Source: an uncultured cyanobacterium (lineage in GTDB: Bacteria; Cyanobacteriota; Cyanobacteriia; Leptolyngbyales; Leptolyngbyaceae). Taken from it: 64,000 bases of DNA. Below the pieces are notes generated by a model, which saw only the letters and a program-made list of their open reading frames with translations, made no database searches and was not told the origin of the DNA. The stretch is taken from NCBI GenBank assembly GCA_963766075.1, contig CAVYAN010000012.1:1-64000 (forward strand). Reading direction: 5' to 3'. Made by a program: the position numbers and the translations under genes. This document shows positions 63,275-64,000 of this stretch, in pieces; the stretch's first letter is position 1, and each line of letters starts with the position of its first letter.

Positions 63275-64000
63275 TCAGGCAAAGGCCGCCTCAAAGTCCC
63301 GCAGGCGAGCGGCTTCGAGGGCATAGCTGCGCCCATAAATGCGGGTGAGTTGGCGGGTTTGTTCCAGCACCTCCCGGACCTCCCAGTTGCCCACTTGGAC
63401 CAGGTCACGGTTGTTGTCGATGGCGATCGCAGCGGCAATGCCCACACCCTGGGCCACGCCAACATTGAATTCGACAATCCGACCGGCGGCACAGGCGTAG
63501 CCATCAAACCCGGAGCCGGGACCAATCACGGCCAAGTTCGGCACATTCAGCACCAGGGCATGACGAATGCCGATGTTAAACAGGGGCGGATGGTGGAAGG
63601 AAATGCTGCCGATGCCCTTGGCTGACGCCTTGGGGCCCAAACCTTCGATGCCGCCGCGAATGTCCAGGTGGTAGCCAAAGGTGCCCAGGGCCTCGTAGTC
63701 CGAAACACCACCATCGAGCATTTTGGCCCCGCTCAGCATCTCTAGCGCGCCGATAATGTTGCCCGCGTGGCGAATATAGAGTTCCGGGAAAGGCCGGACG
63801 GCGGTGGCCCCAAGGCTGCGGAGCCAGCGATCGACGAATTTCATTTCCTCCACCATGGGCGGGGTGGGTTTGGCTCCACTGCGGGCGATCGCCTCGGCTT
63901 GACTACCCGTCACCTTAAACAGCAGCGAATTCCAGGACAGGCGATCGGGGCCCAAGATGGCGATATTCGGCTGATCCACCACCATGCCCGTTTCCACCAG
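63275..64000 (-). CDS. FAD-dependent oxidoreductase, C-terminal part (5' end outside the window)
   Basis: YHLDIRG, 'FNIGIRHAL...NLAVIG...AGRI...AQGVGIAAAIA' C-terminal FAD-binding pattern. Confidence 0.7.
   Translation of the reverse strand: MVETGMVVDQPNIAILGPDRLSWNSLLFKVTGSQAEAIARSGAKPTPPMVEEMKFVDRWLRSLGATAVRPFPELYIRHAGNIIGALEMLSGAKMLDGGVSDYEALGTFGYHLDIRGGIEGLGPKASAKGIGSISFHHPPLFNIGIRHALVLNVPNLAVIGPGSGFDGYACAAGRIVEFNVGVAQGVGIAAAIAIDNNRDLVQVGNWEVREVLEQTRQLTRIYGRSYALEAARLRDFEAAFA

Larger units (their letters stand above)
1..64000. repeat. HIP1 octamer GCGATCGC dispersed throughout
   Basis: Many copies, e.g. 1073, 1168, 2909; a cyanobacterial hallmark. Confidence 0.95.

Noticed and set aside
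1..64000. CRISPR array, tRNA/rRNA, integrase, reverse transcriptase or prophage genes
   Set aside because: None recognised; repeats present are tandem duplications or palindromes without regularly spaced unique spacers. A small RNA gene could have been missed by eye.

Overview
Cyanobacterial chromosomal window: dense HIP1 (GCGATCGC) octamers, psaK, a PatA-type taxis operon and a GUN4 domain. It is mostly housekeeping, envelope and motility genes: GT87 plus a membrane beta-propeller gene, a Zn-dependent dehydrogenase, pbpC, a PatA-CheY-CheW-MCP-CheA (Pix-like) operon, a cellulose-synthase operon (porin-TPR-bcsB-bcsA), aroB, ClC, an ArnT-like GT, ktrA/trkA, ssb, mreBCD, ruvB, a GH1 beta-glucosidase, ChaN, psaK, pgsA, a hybrid kinase and a C-terminal protease. 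There are two accessory patches. (i) 2.9-5.7 kb holds a ParE-like TA pair bracketed by 27-bp HIP1-initiated direct repeats, a putative HEPN protein and an MntA/HepT pair. (ii) 57.8-61.8 kb holds a Phd/RelE pair sitting between the two halves of a REP-like palindrome, a REP-associated Y1 (RAYT) transposase, and a convergent TM-NACHT-GUN4 gene whose last codons contain a 50-nt, almost purely G/T tract that looks like a diversified region. Patch (ii) is the best candidate for an undescribed system. About ten single-base lesions break otherwise intact genes, mostly at or next to GATC/CGATCG sites. These are probably methylation-linked sequencing errors, so several ORF-track calls are corrected here. 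All calls were made by eye; no searches were run.
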